Origin: Vicugna vicugna
Taxonomy: Eukaryota
Length of the DNA: 64,000 nucleotides
Assembly: GCA_013265495.1 (NCBI GenBank)
Contig: MU057865.1
Coordinates: 1,178,001 to 1,242,000, forward strand
Direction: 5' to 3'
The position numbers and the translations under genes were made by a program. The notes under the pieces were generated by a model. The model made no database searches and was not told the DNA's origin. It worked only from the letters and a program-made list of their open reading frames with translations. Shown here piece by piece: positions 25,800 through 37,700 of the stretch; within the stretch, counting starts at the first letter, position 1; every line of letters starts with the position of its first letter.

Positions 25800-27040
25800 T
25801 CAGCTGATAAACATAATTCAACTGATACTTGAATTGTCCACTCTACATGAGGCAGATATTTCTGCTTTTAGTAAAATTAATAGCTTGAAAAAAATTGAAG
25901 GATTAGAAGAGAACACAATTTGTACAAGTCAATAGCCATGATATCTAGAATACAGTCTAAAGTTGCACAAAACACAAGGAACAGAAAAATATGACTCATT
26001 CTCAAGGGCAAAATCAGTCACACAGAGGGAAACTCCTAAGATGATAATGGAATTATCAGATAAAAAATCAACTGTAACAAAAACACAAAATGAGAAAAAG
26101 GAAAATCCACTGGTTATGCATGAAACAGAAAAATTCCAGAATAAAAAATAATTAAAATATAAATGTATAAAATTAAAAATCAACAACATAAGCTCAATAA
26201 TACAATGGAGATCAGAAAGAGTCAGTGACCTTGAAGTTAGATACAAAGTTATTGACTCTAAAGAAAATTATTGGAAAAAGCCTGAAAAAATAAGACCCTC
26301 AGGGCCTATGAGACAATATAAAAATATTTCACATTATTGAAGTTGGAGTTGCAGAAACCAAGGTGATACTTGAAGAAATAATTGCTAAGAACTTCTTAGA
26401 TCTGGCAATAAACTTAAGTTTATAGGTGTAAAAACATCAGTGAAATTCAAACAGGGTAAATAAATGTAAAGCCATGACTAGACACAACATAGTTAAATGG
26501 TTGAAAACCAATGATCAACATAAAATTTGAAATTAGCTTGCAAGCACATGAGACATTGCCTACAAGTAAAAATTATTAAAATGACTATAGATTTCTCATC
26601 AGAAAGATAGTGAAATACTAATTTTAAAGTTCTGAAAGGAAAAAAAAGTGTTAACCATGAATTCTACATCCAGAAAAATCTTTCAAGAATAGAAGCAAAA
26701 TTAAGGTATTTTTAAGTAAAAGAAAACCAAGACAATTTGGTGACAGCAGACTGCCCCAGAAGAATGCTAAAAAAATAAATAAATACAATTTTAAATATGT
26801 AAAATAATATTAATTTCTTTAAGATACAGATGACTAAAGAAAAATTACCATCTAGTGCTGGTTATAATGTATATAGAAATAATACATACAACAAATATAG
26901 CATTTACACTTCCAGGTAGATATTAAATGGACCTATATGGATAGAAGTTTCTACATCTTAAGTAAAGTGGTAAAATTACTAACTATAAATAGTCTGTGAG
27001 ACATTAAGGATGTGTATTTTAATCTCTAGAACAATCATCA
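25800..27040 (+). mobile_element. Old L1M 5'/ORF1 remnant
   Basis: Degenerate ORF1 motifs: GAAGAAATAATTGCTAAGAACTTC (EEIIAKNF), ACTAGACACAACATAGTTAAATGG (like PRHIIVKL), GATTTCTCATCAGAA and AGAATTCTA-like/CCAGAAAAA. Confidence 0.65.
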
Positions 27041-29368
27041 TAAATTGGATAATTTAGAAGAAATGGACAAACTTCTACAAATGTACAGTCCACAAAAACT
27101 GAATGAGGAAGAAACAGATTGTTTGAGCAGACCAATCACTAGAAGTGAAATAGAATCAGCAATATAAAAAAAACCTTCCTGCAAACAAAAGTCCAGGACC
27201 AGATGGCTTCACTGGGGAGTTATATCAAACATACAAAGAAGAGCTCATACTGATCCTTCTCAAACTCTTCCAAAAGACTGAAGCAAAGGAAATAATCCCA
27301 AATTCATTATATGAAGCCACTATCTCCCTGTTACCAAAGCCAGGCAAAGATACTACCAAAAAAGAAAACTATAGGCCAATATCATTGATGAACATAGATG
27401 CAAAAATCCTCAATAAAATATTAGCAAGCAGAAGCCAGCAACATATAAAAAAAGATCATACAGCATGATCAAGTCGGATTCATCCCAGGGACACAAGTAT
27501 GGTTCAACATACACAAATCAATCAACGTGATACACCACATAAGCAAGAGAAAGGATAAAAATCACATGATCATCTCAATAGATGCAGAAAAAGCATTTGA
27601 TAAAATTCAACATCCATTTATGATAAAATCTCTAATCAAAGTGTGTACAGAAGGAACATAGCTCAACATAATAAAAGCTATTTATGACAAACCTACAGAC
27701 AGCATTATATTCAACAGTAAAAAGCTGAAAGCTTTTCCACTAAAATCTGGAAAAAGACAAGGATGCCCACTCTCAACACTTTTATTCACTGTAGTTTGAA
27801 AAGTTCTAGCCATAGCAATTAGACAAGAAAAAGAAATAAAAGGGATCCAATTTGGAAGAGAAGATGTAAAACTGTCATTATATATAGATGGCATGATATT
27901 ATATACAGAAAACCCTAAAAGCTTCACACAATAACTATGAGAGCTGATAAAAAAATTCATCAAGTAACAGGATACAAGATTAACATACAGAAATCAGTGG
28001 CATTTCTTTACACTAACAATGAAATATCAGAAAAGGAAAGTAAAGAAACACTCCTTTCTAAAATTGCATCCAAATAATTTAAAAATTAGGGAAATATCTG
28101 AAAGGAAGTGAAAGACATGTGGAGAACTACAAAACAATGACTAAGGAAATTAGAGATAAGAAAAGACACTATGAACCTCTGAAAAGAAACCATAGGCAAA
28201 ACATTATCTGACATCAATCTTGGCAATATTCTTCTAGGGCAATCTACTCAGGCAATAGAAATAAAAGCAAAAATAAACAAATGGGGCCTAATTAAACTTA
28301 TAAGCTATTGCACAGCAAAGGAAATCATAAGCAAAACAAAAGACAACCTGCAGAATGGGAGAAAATATTTGCAAAAAATGAGACTGACAAAGGACTAACT
28401 TCTAGAATATATGAACAGCTTATATAACTTAATAACCAAAAAAATAAACAACCCAATCCAAAAATGGGCAGAAGACCTAAACAAGCAATTCTCCAGTGAA
28501 GAAGCACAAATGACCAATAGGCATATGAAAAAGTGCTCAGTATTGCTTATTATCAGATAAATGCAAATCAAAACTACAATGAGGTTATCACCTCACACTA
28601 GTCAGAATGGCCATCATTTAAAAGTCTAGAAACAATAAATGCTGGAGAGGGTGTGCAGAAAAGGGAACCCTCCTACACTGCTGGTGGGAAGGTAGTTTGG
28701 TGCAGCCATTATAGAAAACAGTATGGAGATTCCTCAAAAGACTAAAAATAGACTTACCATATGATCCAGCAATCCCACTCCTGGGTATATATCCAGAGGG
28801 AACCTTAATTCAAAAACATGCATACATCCCAATGTTGATAGCAGCACTGTTTACAATAGCCAAGACATGGAAAAGACCTAAATGTCCATTGAGAGATGGC
28901 TGGATAAAGCAGTTGTGGTATATTTATACAATGGAATCCTACTCAGCCATAAAAAAGAATAAAATAATGCCATTTGCAGCAACATAGATGGATTTGGAGA
29001 TTGTCATTCTAAGTGAAGTAAGTCAGAAAGAGAAAGAAAGATATCATATAGAATCACTTATACATGGAATCTAAAAAAAAAAAGCTAAATGAACTTATTT
29101 ACATAACAGAAACAAACTCATAGACAGAACAGACTTATGGTTATGAGGCTGGGAAGGGGTGGGAAAAGCAAGATTGGGAATTGGAGATTTGTAGATACTA
29201 ACACATGCAAAATAGATAAACAACAAGTTTATACTGTACAGCACAGGGAGCTATGTTCAATATCTTGTAGTAACTTATGGTGAAAAAGAATATGAAAACT
29301 AATATATGTATGTTCATGTATGACTGAAGCATTATGCTGTACAAGTAGAAATTGACACAACATGGTAA
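27041..29368 (+). mobile_element. 5'-truncated, internally deleted L1: ORF2 reverse-transcriptase pseudogene plus 3' UTR
   Basis: Translates to [71 protein letters not shown] and GKRQGCPLS. The catalytic Y/FADD motif has decayed to YIDG (27881-27892). Multiple stops and frameshifts are present. Confidence 0.97.
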
Positions 29369-30249
29369 TAAATATATATATTCTAAAAAAAGCATTAACT
29401 ATTAAAATGCTACATATGAATACCATAATTATCTGAATATTAATAAATTTGAAGGCTTCCCCATTCAGGAGTGTCACAGAGCACTCTTGCCCAAGATTAT
29501 TCCTATCTTCTCATTGCACACTAAGTTTTTAGAAATGATATTGTTTTGTTATGGCTGAGAAATATTCAGTCTGTAGATCTGAGTTCAAGTATATAAGGAA
29601 GTTAAGTGACACACAGAAGATTGTCAACCTTAATGACCCTAGCTTTCTTAGCACAACATTTCAGTCTATTCAAAATAAGAAACAGGCATCCCATTATGTA
29701 TATACATGTTACAACACTATAGAAATACACATAGAGATGGAAACATAGACATAAATATATAGGTTTATTTGTTTATGTGAACATACATAAATATCCCGTT
29801 CACACATATTAGAGATGGGTTTTTGAAGAAAACCACCATCCTGACAGGTCACCAAACACAAAGCATGACTGTGTTCTACAGACATCAATTCATTGAAAAA
29901 TAAGACTTGGCATATATAAAAAGATAATGTATCAGTCTGGCTTAAAACCAGCATTTTTAACTAAATTATGCCTCATTGATCCAACGTATCTTATGTAATC
30001 CAACATAGGCAACATTCACCACAATAGGCAAGACACACTTAATACACTTTGATATCCTTGCGAATTGAAGACGGATGGTTTTTAGATCGCAAGGCTTGAA
30101 TTGTTTTTGTTTGTTATTTTTTATTATTTCTCCTGCTCTTATAATAAGAGGTTGAATATTCACTGATTCTATCTAATAGTCATTCATAATCATAATGCTG
30201 TAATTCATCATCGATCCCAACATGCTTTTATATTATTTTTTTCTTGAAT

Positions 30250-31070
30250 GAGCAGGCCAAAAATCTTAGGGATATTCTCAACTCCTCTTTCTCTTGCAGA
30301 ACACTTCTAAACATCCGCAAATGCTTTCAGCTGCCTCTTCAAGGTAGATGTCAACTCCAGTCACAGCTACTTAACTTCACTCCTACCATCCCTAGTTTAA
30401 AACATCAGCAGTATTCCCTGGAACTTAACATCAGCCTAATATTTAGCTTCATTGTTTGTAATCAGCCTTCTCCCTCACAAACTTTTTAGTTATTTGTTAT
30501 TTGTCTTTTTGTTTTTCTTCCCGATGTGTCAGTCAGTGGTCCTTTAAAAAACGTATTATGAATGTTCTTCTTCGGTCGATAACTTCCACTGCTTTCCCAT
30601 CACAATTAGAATCAAATCCAAAATCCCCGCTGCAGTCACCATGACCAGACCATTGGCTACAGCTTCCTACCACTTCTCCCTTCTTTCATTCCTCTCCAGG
30701 GACAATGTCCTTACCTTTCCTAGGACAAACATATTCCTAACTCAGACCCTTCACACTCTCTGTTCTCTCTGTATCTCTCTCAGTCTCTTTCTCCTTTTCT
30801 TGCTGTATTTCATTGCCTTCTGTGTAAAATCTTACACCATATCATATTTAAATAGTTTCTCCATTTTTCTCTACCTACTTTCCTTGCTTTACTTTTCTTT
30901 ATACTACTTCTCATTCCATGAAATACTATTTTATTTTTGATTTGTTCATTTTCATATTGTCTGTAAGCTCCATAATGTCAGGGAATGCCCCCTTTTTTTC
31001 ACCATTCTATCTTTAGTACCTAGTCAATGGACACAGGATACGTATTTGTAGAATGAATAAAGAAATAAAC
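30250..31070 (+). mobile_element. Degraded L2 LINE
   Basis: GCCAAAAATCTTAGGGATATTCTCAACTCCTCTTTCTC, TAGAATCAAATCCAAAATCC, TGTAAGCTCCATAATGTCAGGGA and a terminal TATTTGTAGAATGAATAAA. Confidence 0.7.
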
Positions 31071-31491
31071 TTATGTATCCCCTTAGTGATGCCTTCTAAA
31101 AGAAGGAACTCACTTTATTTCATATATATATGTATTATGTAAAATATAACTAAAATATATTATATATTATATACATATAAATATATTATATATATTTAAA
31201 TTCAACCTTTGCATTTATTGTTTATGTCAAGATAAACCAAACTGTATAACCATATAAGCACCATTTATCATTTAATAAAATTTGATCCTATTTTCTTTCA
31301 ATATTCAAGTTTTCAAACTGCAAAATAAGAACTTATATATTTTGTATCACATTGTCCTAATACCTCTAGTTATTTCATGTACTTTTATATGAGTTTCTCA
31401 AACTCCTGCTATGTAACAGTCAGAATTTCATCCGTTTTCTCAAGTAAGATTTGCTCTCATTGTTAAAGAGAAGAAAGATGTTCTAGGCTTT

Positions 31492-31996
31492 GGGCTTTTG
31501 TAATTTTTTTAACATTTTTTTATTGATTTATAGTCATTTTACAATGTTGTGTCAAATTCCAGTGTAGAGCACAATTTTTCAGTTCTACATGAACATATAT
31601 ATATTCATTGTCCCATTTTTTTCTCTGTGAGCTACCATGAGATCTTGTATATATTTCCCTGTGCTATACAGTATAATCTTGTTTATCTATTCTACAATTT
31701 TGAAATCCCAGTCTATCTTCTCCCACCCCCTGCCCCCTTGGCAACCACAAGTTTGTATTCTATGTATATTTATACAATGGAATACTACTCAGCCATAAAA
31801 ATTGACAACATAACGCCATTTGCAGCAACATGGATGCTCCTGGAGAATGTCATTCTAAGTGAAGTAAGCCAGAAAGAGAAAGAAAACTACCATATGAGAT
31901 CGCTCATATGTGGAATCTAAAAGAACAAACAAACAAAAAAAACAAACAAAGCATAAATACAAAACAGAAATAGACTCACGGGCTTTTGTGATTCTT
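31492..31996 (-). mobile_element. Young 5'-inverted (twin-primed) L1 insertion with 17-bp TSD
   Basis: Minus-strand tail and 3' UTR at 31509-31765 is joined to plus-strand ORF2 C-terminus/UTR at 31764-31979 (YIYTMEYYSAIK...SEVSQKEK). TSD: GGGCTTTTGTAATTTTT vs GGGCTTTTGTGATTCTT. Confidence 0.93.
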
Positions 31997-32357
31997 GATT
32001 GAAGACTTCCCTGTTTACTTGGTTCTTGTCATTAGTCATACACACAACTGAGGGTCTTAGGCAACATTTGACTCCTCTTTCATTTTCTTGTTATTTAATC
32101 TCTTCTCATTCAATCTGATAAAGGGGATATGGTGATTCTCCTTATTGGAAAGTCTTCCTCAACAACCAGCTATCTTCCCTGGATATTCTATATGTCCTTT
32201 CTGCCCTCGATCTGGATATGAAAATATCTAAATATCATTGCATTTATATCGTCCTCCCCTTGTTAGTGTACCATGACATTTTGCTGCATCAGAAATTACT
32301 TAAGTTAAAAATGGCTTTCGTCTGTGCCTCGTGCAGATCCTCCTAACTTCCTTAAAA

Positions 32358-32393
32358 TTAAACAAAAACAAAACAAAACAAAACAAAACAAAA
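32358..32393. repeat. (CAAAA)n microsatellite
   Basis: Read directly. Confidence 0.9.
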
Positions 32394-34465
32394 TGAGACA
32401 GCTGGAATTCATTGGCAGGTTATTTGAACTTGAGCCAAATACCCTTCTGGCACCAGTCAGTAATGGTATGGCATACACATTGTCAGTGGGCAAGGTTACA
32501 TGGCGTCACCTAATATGAGAAAAGGCTCGCACCACACCTGAGAGGCGTGAGAGCATCCATCACGTAGGCTGTCCTAAACCATCTTGTTAGGTCCTGATGT
32601 GGACTCTGTGTGAGTAACCCACACGCTCCTTTATTTTGAGCTTTGACCTAACCAGCGTTACAAATCCTCTGGTCTATCAGGTTGAATCCTAATACATTTG
32701 TGTCCAGGATGCAATTGATACAGAATGACGTACCCTGGTCATACATGAATGACCCTGCTTTAGGGCTGACATGTTTGCCAAGGGGGAAACATAAATAAAC
32801 AATAGGTGCTTTGTCTGCAGGATAAAATATCACTTCCTCAAAATAAACCATGAAGGACACAAATATTTCTCTGCAAGGGTTATACAGCTTCTTTTCTGAG
32901 TTTTCTGGAGGATAAATTCTCATTCTCCTTGGTTCGGACGTCACTGACTGGTAAACATGTTGCTGGATTTTCCAACAATTACCAGCTTTTAGAAAATTAT
33001 TCACAACTGAACTGTCTAGGTTATTGTAGCTCAAAGAGACTGAAGAATGATCTAATCAATGTGTTGGCTACTGTTGCCAGTGTGATTATATCATTTTATT
33101 TTGTATCTTGAATGCCAAAAATACTCCTGTGAGTTGTGGTGGGGGCATCTTGGGTTCGGAAATTCACCTTAATATCTAATAGTCTCTGGAGATTAAAATC
33201 CTTCTCTTCCTGCAAAGTGGTGACCCTGGATTCAGGTTTCTTGCTTTACAGACACCAATGCCTAACTCATAGCTACACCACTTAATACTTCCTTCTACGT
33301 ATATTATTAAATCTGTATTCTTATTTAAATATGTCAAAACATAGTATATTGAAATTATATATTGAATGAATGGGGAAACAGACTTATGTAGTTAAGGGCA
33401 CAGTGGGCTAGAGCTTAGGGGGTCTTTGTTCTTAGTCTGGTCCTTTCTGAAAACTCTTCTTGCCTTTCAATTGAAAGCAAGACATATTTTTTTTTAATTA
33501 AAAAATATAAATCTAAAATTCTTTCTCATTTGTTTCAAATTTAGAAAAAGAAAAAAGTATGTATCTATTCAAATGTCATTCTAGGCCTGTTCATTCATTC
33601 ATGGGATAATTTCTCCCCCATTCCTTGACTGATTGCTAATCTAGGAATTGGTACCAGCAAAGTTATCACTAGTGGTTCTGAACCGTGGTACTTCTGTTTG
33701 TTCATTTGGAGACACCAATGTATGCAAAGGCAGTAGCCACCCCTGCCACAACTAAAGAAGAAAGCTATTCATAGTTTCTGCAAAATAGAACATCCATGTA
33801 AGAGAGATTGTCTTAAAATATATATTAAAAAAAAAAACTAAGGAAAACTTCAAGAAGTTGTAAGTAGTGATCAGACACTACCAATCTGGAAGATTAACTA
33901 CAGAGAGGCCAAATGGTAGAATCTGGTAAAGGAAGGAAAGAGAATGAAGGAAAAATCAGGAAGAGAGAATCTCAGAAAAAAAAAAAAAAAAAAAAACAAC
34001 CTAAGGAAATGAAATAGAGAAGGCTTTTCAGCCCAAATTCAACAACAATCATCGGGATTCACAAAGCAGAGTGACTGTTGCTGGTTATGAAAAAGCTATT
34101 TTATAGTGGGCTGTGAAATGGGCTCTAACTTTGTTCTCTCCACTTCCTTTTTTGGATTCAGTACAATGTTTTTAAGGGGCTGCCTCGCCTTGGCAGCACG
34201 CATGCGTTTGACCAAGGGCGCCCAGAGAAGGCTCAGCGCAGGGCTGAGCTCCCTGGATTGGTGACCCTTGCTGTGACTCCCTTCTGTGACGCGTTTAACA
34301 TCTCTGTCCCGTTGCTCACCTTCCGTAATGTGAACCCAATTAGGGGACAGCTGCTTCCTCAGAACAAAAGGATCTGTCTTATTCCGAAGCCTGGATTCTG
34401 TCGAAGCGCTGGTGGCATTTCGTTTGCATGTCTAACCTAACTAGCATGAAAAAAATAGAATTTCT

Positions 34466-34545
34466 CCTCACATAGGTGTTAGGAGAATTAATTAATGTTT
34501 ATGAAGCACCTTAGATCCTTGGATGAAAGGGCCCTGAAGAAGTCT
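34466..34545 (+). mobile_element. Ancient amniote MIR-type SINE tail (MIR1_Amn-like)
   Basis: CCTCACATAGGTGTTAGGAGAATTAATTAATGTTTATGAAGCACCTTAGATCCTTGGATGAAAGG resembles the recalled MIR1_Amn 3' end. A possible degenerate core lies at ~34260-34335. Confidence 0.55.
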
Positions 34546-35222
34546 CTCATTTGAATGCGGCCATTATTGCATCATCTGATTCTGTGCTGAAGCAGGAAGA
34601 TAAAAATAGCGCCCGCAAGGTGCAGGAACCAGCTGCAAGTCTGCGAGGGCGGCGCACACTCTGTTCGGTGTCTGGGTAGAACATTTAATAAGTATTTTCA
34701 GGAAAGAAAATGGATTTCGTGCACATTTTGAGACAGTACAATGTTCTCTCACAAGAGGCTCTTCCGATTCCATCCCTTTCTCTCTTGGGTGGAGACCCTA
34801 TGCTTTCTCTAAATATGAACACCAAGGACGTACTATTTTTTGCTTCTTCTCTTTCAAAATTTGACAGCAGTAAATATTATTAGTTCACATATTAGTTTCA
34901 ATAACTAGTAAAGCTTAAAGTGGTCCACTTAGAGCGAGCACTAACCACATCATAAACTCCACAGCCCAAAGGAAATAACCAGATAAATGGAGGAATTCTC
35001 AAACAAGGACACGACAGACTATTTTGATTGGTTACAGTGGTCTTGTTGCCCTCCCTAAATTCGGAATGCATTATCTGAGATTACATTAAAAAAAAAAAAC
35101 AAAAACAAAGAAAGATCAGGTAGAATTAGTGGAAGAAAAAAATAATTGGAAATAAATTTTTTCTCTCCTGGAACAGTTTTTGACTACTCTAAGATACTCT
35201 TTATTTAAAATTATAGTACTAA

Positions 35223-35327
35223 AAATATAAAATAAAATAATAAAATAAAATAAAATAAAATAATAAAATAAAATAAAATAAAATAATAAAATAAAATAAA
35301 GTAAAATAAAATAAAATAAAATAAAAT
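35223..35327. repeat. (TAAAA)n pentanucleotide tract flanked by direct repeats
   Basis: Read directly. Flanks are AAAATTATAGTACTAA (35207-35222) and AAAATTAGTACTAA (35328-35341). Confidence 0.93.
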
Positions 35328-35514
35328 AAAATTAGTACTAACATCCACTTTAGATTGGGGAAAATTTTTTTACTCAGTACTTTAGTGAAGGTAAAACAAT
35401 AGATGTGAGTTTATCAGTGTTTATATTATTGACATTGTTTATCATATTATTATGATATTATTTGATATTTTATAATGTTAATATCATGGACAATATTTAT
35501 AGTAATGAAAATTA

Positions 35515-35730
35515 ATATAGTGTTTATGAGCTAATTATATTTCAGGGTCGTTTTTAAGTCCTTCGTCAATATTATCTTACTTCATTCTTCTAACCTGAGA
35601 GGTAGACACCATCAGTGCCGCACAGATGGGGAAATTAAGGAGCAGAAAAGTGGAGCGACTCGCCAAAGACGGCAGACGAGGGAGGGGCGGAGGCCAGGTT
35701 TAACCTCGGGCCGTGTGACTCCAGAACCCC
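35515..35730 (-). mobile_element. MIR SINE
   Basis: Core ACAGATGGGGAAATTAAGG...GACTCGCCAAAG...GTGTGACTCCAGAACCC matches the reverse complement of MIR. Confidence 0.7.
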
Positions 35731-36360
35731 AGCAGGTACGGAGTCGCCCTGTGAAGCACCACGAAGGTCCATTTGATAACGAAACCCTGAGTGTGAAGAG
35801 ACGTAGGGATGACTGTTGAAAAGTACACATTTAAAGCAAGCGTGGGAAAGGGAAATGCATCAGCGTCCCTGCTTCAGTCAGTGGCAAAGCTCTCTGCGCT
35901 TGCAGAATGCGGGTCCCAGCGAGGCAGGCCGGCGGGGGGCCGGCGGGGGGCGCTGCGGGCCTGCCTGCCCGGGCCTGCTCCACCTCAGCCAGACCCGAGT
36001 CTGTCCCTGGGTCTCGGTCTGAAGACCTCGCAGCTGTGTCACCGAGTGTCTGGAGAAGTTTGGTCATCGCTCCGCAAGGCATCCCGGGGCTGGAGCCGTG
36101 ACCTTGTCGCAAAGACTAAGCCTCGCGCTCTCCCTGCGAGCAAATAAGCAGATGTGTCTCCCCCGGTTCAGTGGGGTGTAAAGCAGCACTCAGGCTCGTC
36201 GCCGCTCCCCCCGGCATCCATCAGCATCTCGCTACTAAAGCGTGTGCTCCCAACTCAGGCAGCTGCTGTCAAGGCAGGAGGTGACAGGCTCTTGGATGGC
36301 GAGACGTGTTTTCAGATGTGGAGCAGTCAAGGCGCCGATGTGAGTAACCCGGAGGGGATT
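35640..36360. promoter_or_regulatory. CpG-island-like region
   Basis: About 700 bp of visibly high GC with many CpGs, a GC box GGGGCGG (~35684) and G-runs. No recognisable first exon. Confidence 0.55.
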
Positions 36361-36856
36361 TAGCCCTGGTGCTTGTATTTTCAGGGCGATGAGTCAAAGG
36401 GAAGGGTGTACCTATGCAGACGGCATCCACAAATGACAGGTGAGATGTGAGATCAGGCCAATATATGTATTTTGTTATTAGATTTAGGAAACTGGCTCCC
36501 CCCCCCCATATACCTAATTATTAGATTGTAATGAGTCAATAAGTAAGAATGCTTGTTTGGGGATCACTGGATACTTGCACAACAAGACCACCAAAGTGAT
36601 TATCAGCAGAGTGGGGTGTTTGACCTCATATGGTCTCACCCCTTTGCCTGTCTTCCTGCAGGTTTCAGGATAGACTGAGGAGGGTAATTCACTGACCCTG
36701 CTTTGGGCAGGAGCCTTCCTGTGCCCAAGGAGACACTGTCCTCACACCTGAGAGATACTCACAGACTTAGAGAGGAGGAAAAGGAGACAATGTTTTGATT
36801 TCAATCCTTTGTGAGTTTGAGGTTATGTTGGCCAACACAAAGTCAAGTCCATAGAA

Positions 36857-36995
36857 GGGAGGGTATAGCTCAGGGGTAGAGTGCATGCCTAATATATACA
36901 AGGGCCAGGGTTCAATCCCCAGTGCCTCCATTAAAATAATTAAATAGATAAATAATTAACCTAATTACACCCCCACACACACCAAAAAAAATAAA
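36857..36995 (+). mobile_element. tRNA-derived SINE (camelid vic-1 type)
   Basis: GGGAGGGTATAGCTCAGGGGTAGAG, GGTTCAATCCCCAGTGCCTCC, AACCTAATTAC and an A-tail. Homologous to 17821-17955. Confidence 0.88.
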
Positions 36996-37454
36996 GCGCA
37001 GAAAGTTACCTGCAGAATGTCATCAGTGAGAGCAAACCCTTCTCAAAATTCCTTGATTTTCATGCCTTGAATTTAATATTCTGAATATTTCTATTGATTG
37101 AATTTACCAGAAAATGTAGATTTCTATTACAGCATGTGCTGCATAATCATAGGCATAAAATGCCAACTAATGGTAACATTTATTCAGTAGTTAAAATGTC
37201 AGGGTTGAAATTCTTAGATTCTCTTTAGGTATCCCACCCATGTTTAAGCTTTTGCCAATAATGGCTCAATCCTATGAAATCTATACAGATCTCAGTCTTG
37301 GTAGACGTAGAAAAGGAGGGGACAGATACAGAATATGGTCCCTGAAGTGTAGGCACTTACAGCGTAGCCGGGGAGAAATCACACAATTATATTAGAGAAT
37401 AAAGAAGAAAGGTAAAGAAAAGGAAGAAGTACAAATAAAATGGATTTTAAGCCA

Positions 37455-37700
37455 TACAGCATAGCAGTTCAGCATACGGACCTTAAAGGAGTATTAACCA
37501 CATGGTGATAAAGGCTTGCCTCTTGCTGGTCATGTATCCTTATGCAAATTACTTTAAGTCATAGGGTTTTTTTTTAATCTCATCTGTAGAGTAAACAAAA
37601 CGACATCTACAATCATAGGGTTCTTGTGAGGATTAAATGGAACAGTGTAGGTCGGTGTTTAACCAAGCACCTGGCATACAGTACATATTCAACATGTATC
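37455..37700 (+). mobile_element. MIR SINE
   Basis: CTCATCTGTAGAG...CATAGGGTTCTTGTGAGGATTAAATG...CCTGGCATACAGTA. Confidence 0.75.

Noticed and set aside
31549..31920. 123-aa ORF as a novel gene (also 40949-41206)
   Set aside because: A by-product of L1 inversion junctions joining antisense UTR to ORF2 sequence.
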